Shown here in pieces: positions 62,210 to 64,000 of a stretch of DNA of 64,000 nucleotides. A model generated the notes under the pieces. It saw nothing but the letters and a program-made list of their open reading frames with translations, did no database searches and was not told the origin of the DNA. This DNA comes from Antedon mediterranea. Lineage: Eukaryota > Animalia > Echinodermata. Numbering within the stretch: the first letter of the stretch is position 1; the number at the start of each line of letters is the position of its first letter. A program made the position numbers and the translations under genes. Where the stretch lies: contig NC_092671.1 of assembly GCF_964355755.1 (NCBI RefSeq), forward strand, positions 34,978,304 to 35,042,303, written 5' to 3'.

Positions 62210-64000
62210 GTAAGTAATATCCAATCAATGCCACTTCTGACCGGTTGCGCAAATAGCCTCAATACTTTAGAATTAATCACTTAACTCCCAAATCCTCAGT
62301 GCTACTGTAGTCTTCTAATTGCTCTTTTACCTCAGTTCAAGTCTCTGGGGCACAAGCTCAGTCACTACTCTTCCCTCACATATTTTGCTAGTATGATTGC
62401 TAACCATTACGCAAATGCTCTAGCCTATTAAATGGGAATGATTTGTATGCGTATTTGATTAAAGTAATATTCAAATTAGTGTTTCTGTATTATTATACAA
62501 AAGAAATAGCATATAATTGCTATACTATTTTATGATTGCTCTATAGGCATAATTGTGCATAAAATATTCAATCCAATTTCTACACAATATATAATATGAA
62601 TATTATACACAAAAGATAATTTAATATAACATATGAATATTGACAATACACAGTACGTTCATAGGTCACATACAGGATGATAATTGTATAACTATGTACT
62701 ATGGAGTAGCTTTGCGTCAGAGAATTAAGTAATTGATCAGATGTTTGCCATACACTGACATAATTAATAGTACTTGAATACTAAATATATTGAGAACAAA
62801 AATAAGTAATTCTCAAGTTGGACTCAAACTTACAACCTCCAAATAACTAGCCTATAGCATTTAAACCTCTAAAGTGCTTAGATTAAGCTGATGGCTAGGG
62901 GTTAGATTTGAGTTCAAAGAGGCAGCGGGATGTATAACTATACTCGGTGGAGTAGCTTTGCGTCCGTAAGCTAAGTAATTGGTCAGAACTGACCAAAAGT
63001 ACCGTCCGTACCGTGATACAGAAACACGACAAATATTCATAATCATACATCTAACATGGAGAGTCAATGCAAATGTTACACACAAAAATAAATGATATGA
63101 ATGCTCGATATTAACAGATCAATATTACATAACATCGACATTACATTAAGTTTGATATATTGACCTTGAAGTGACATGACTGTCACACTATACAAATAGT
63201 GAATATTAAAAATCCAACTTAATACATTCAAATTAATCAATAAAGATCAAATACATGCTAAAGGGATACTAATTATAAATTTTGACTTTTTTTCAATCTC
63301 AGTCTTTAAATCTTTAAAACTGTTGATACTTTATTACTGATAGTATCATCACTAATAATTATGTACAGTATGCGCCAAGTCTTAGATAGAGTGAGGCTAT
63401 TTGCATGGTCGCCTGGATATGTAAATTAGTATTTTCTATGAGTTCAGTTGACCGTGCCTATAATCTATATTTAGGATGTCTTCTGATGGTGATGATAAGT
63501 TAGTTCAATTTAAAATGTGTTGGTTTCAAATGAAATAAATTGTGATAAATAAAATGTGAATATATTGCTTTAATAAAAAAAAAAATGGATATATTTACAG
63601 AGTTATCAACTTGCTATAAATAATTTTAATAGTCTTGATAAAAAAAAATTCTTGAGGAAATTTCAGTGTGTTTTTATATTTCAGTTTTTTATGCATGACA
63701 TCAAATAGTCATTCTGCACATGTTTCTGAGCTTGCGCAGATTGAATGTCTAATTTGACAGTGTTGTTTGATTGGTGTGTCATGAAAACGAAAGGCCCTAA
63801 CTATGTGTTGACGCGTACCCCGGAACCAGGCCTTTCCTCAGTATGGGTCGAGGATTTTTTTCATATTATTGTCTTTTTCATGGGGTTTTTCATAATAATT
63901 AAGGCCAAATCATAATTTTGTGTTTGTATGTGCAGTATCTCCATTTCCATATGTCCCTAATCGGACCGAATTTCCATAGTAATTATGGACGTTTCGTAGA

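Overview
AT-rich eukaryotic (invertebrate metazoan) genomic DNA; the repeat content suggests a marine deuterostome such as an echinoderm, which is a weak inference. Most ORF-track entries are noise. Two spliced + strand genes were reconstructed by hand. (1) A complete 9-coding-exon Rabin8/RAB3IP (Sec2-family Rab GEF) gene, CDS 23992-31969, 384 aa, all introns GT-AG and phase-consistent. (2) The first three coding exons (52104-62209) of a gene that runs off the window and resembles a divergent USP9X/USP24 N-terminus. The rest is intronic or intergenic DNA dense in transposon relics. The most striking structure is a 3.54-kb foldback element (42377-45916) with a perfect 9-bp TSD. Its arms are head-to-head arrays of a ~173-bp satellite unit (13 vs 6 copies) around a frameshifted remnant resembling a Mutator-like transposase. 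Also present: a hAT-type element with a 5-bp TSD, Kolobok-, pogo- and Harbinger-type non-autonomous elements, a 5S rRNA+tRNA chimeric SINE, RTE/L2/CR1 LINE fragments, minisatellites and two minimal hammerhead-ribozyme motifs. All homology calls come from recalled family motifs, not from database searches.
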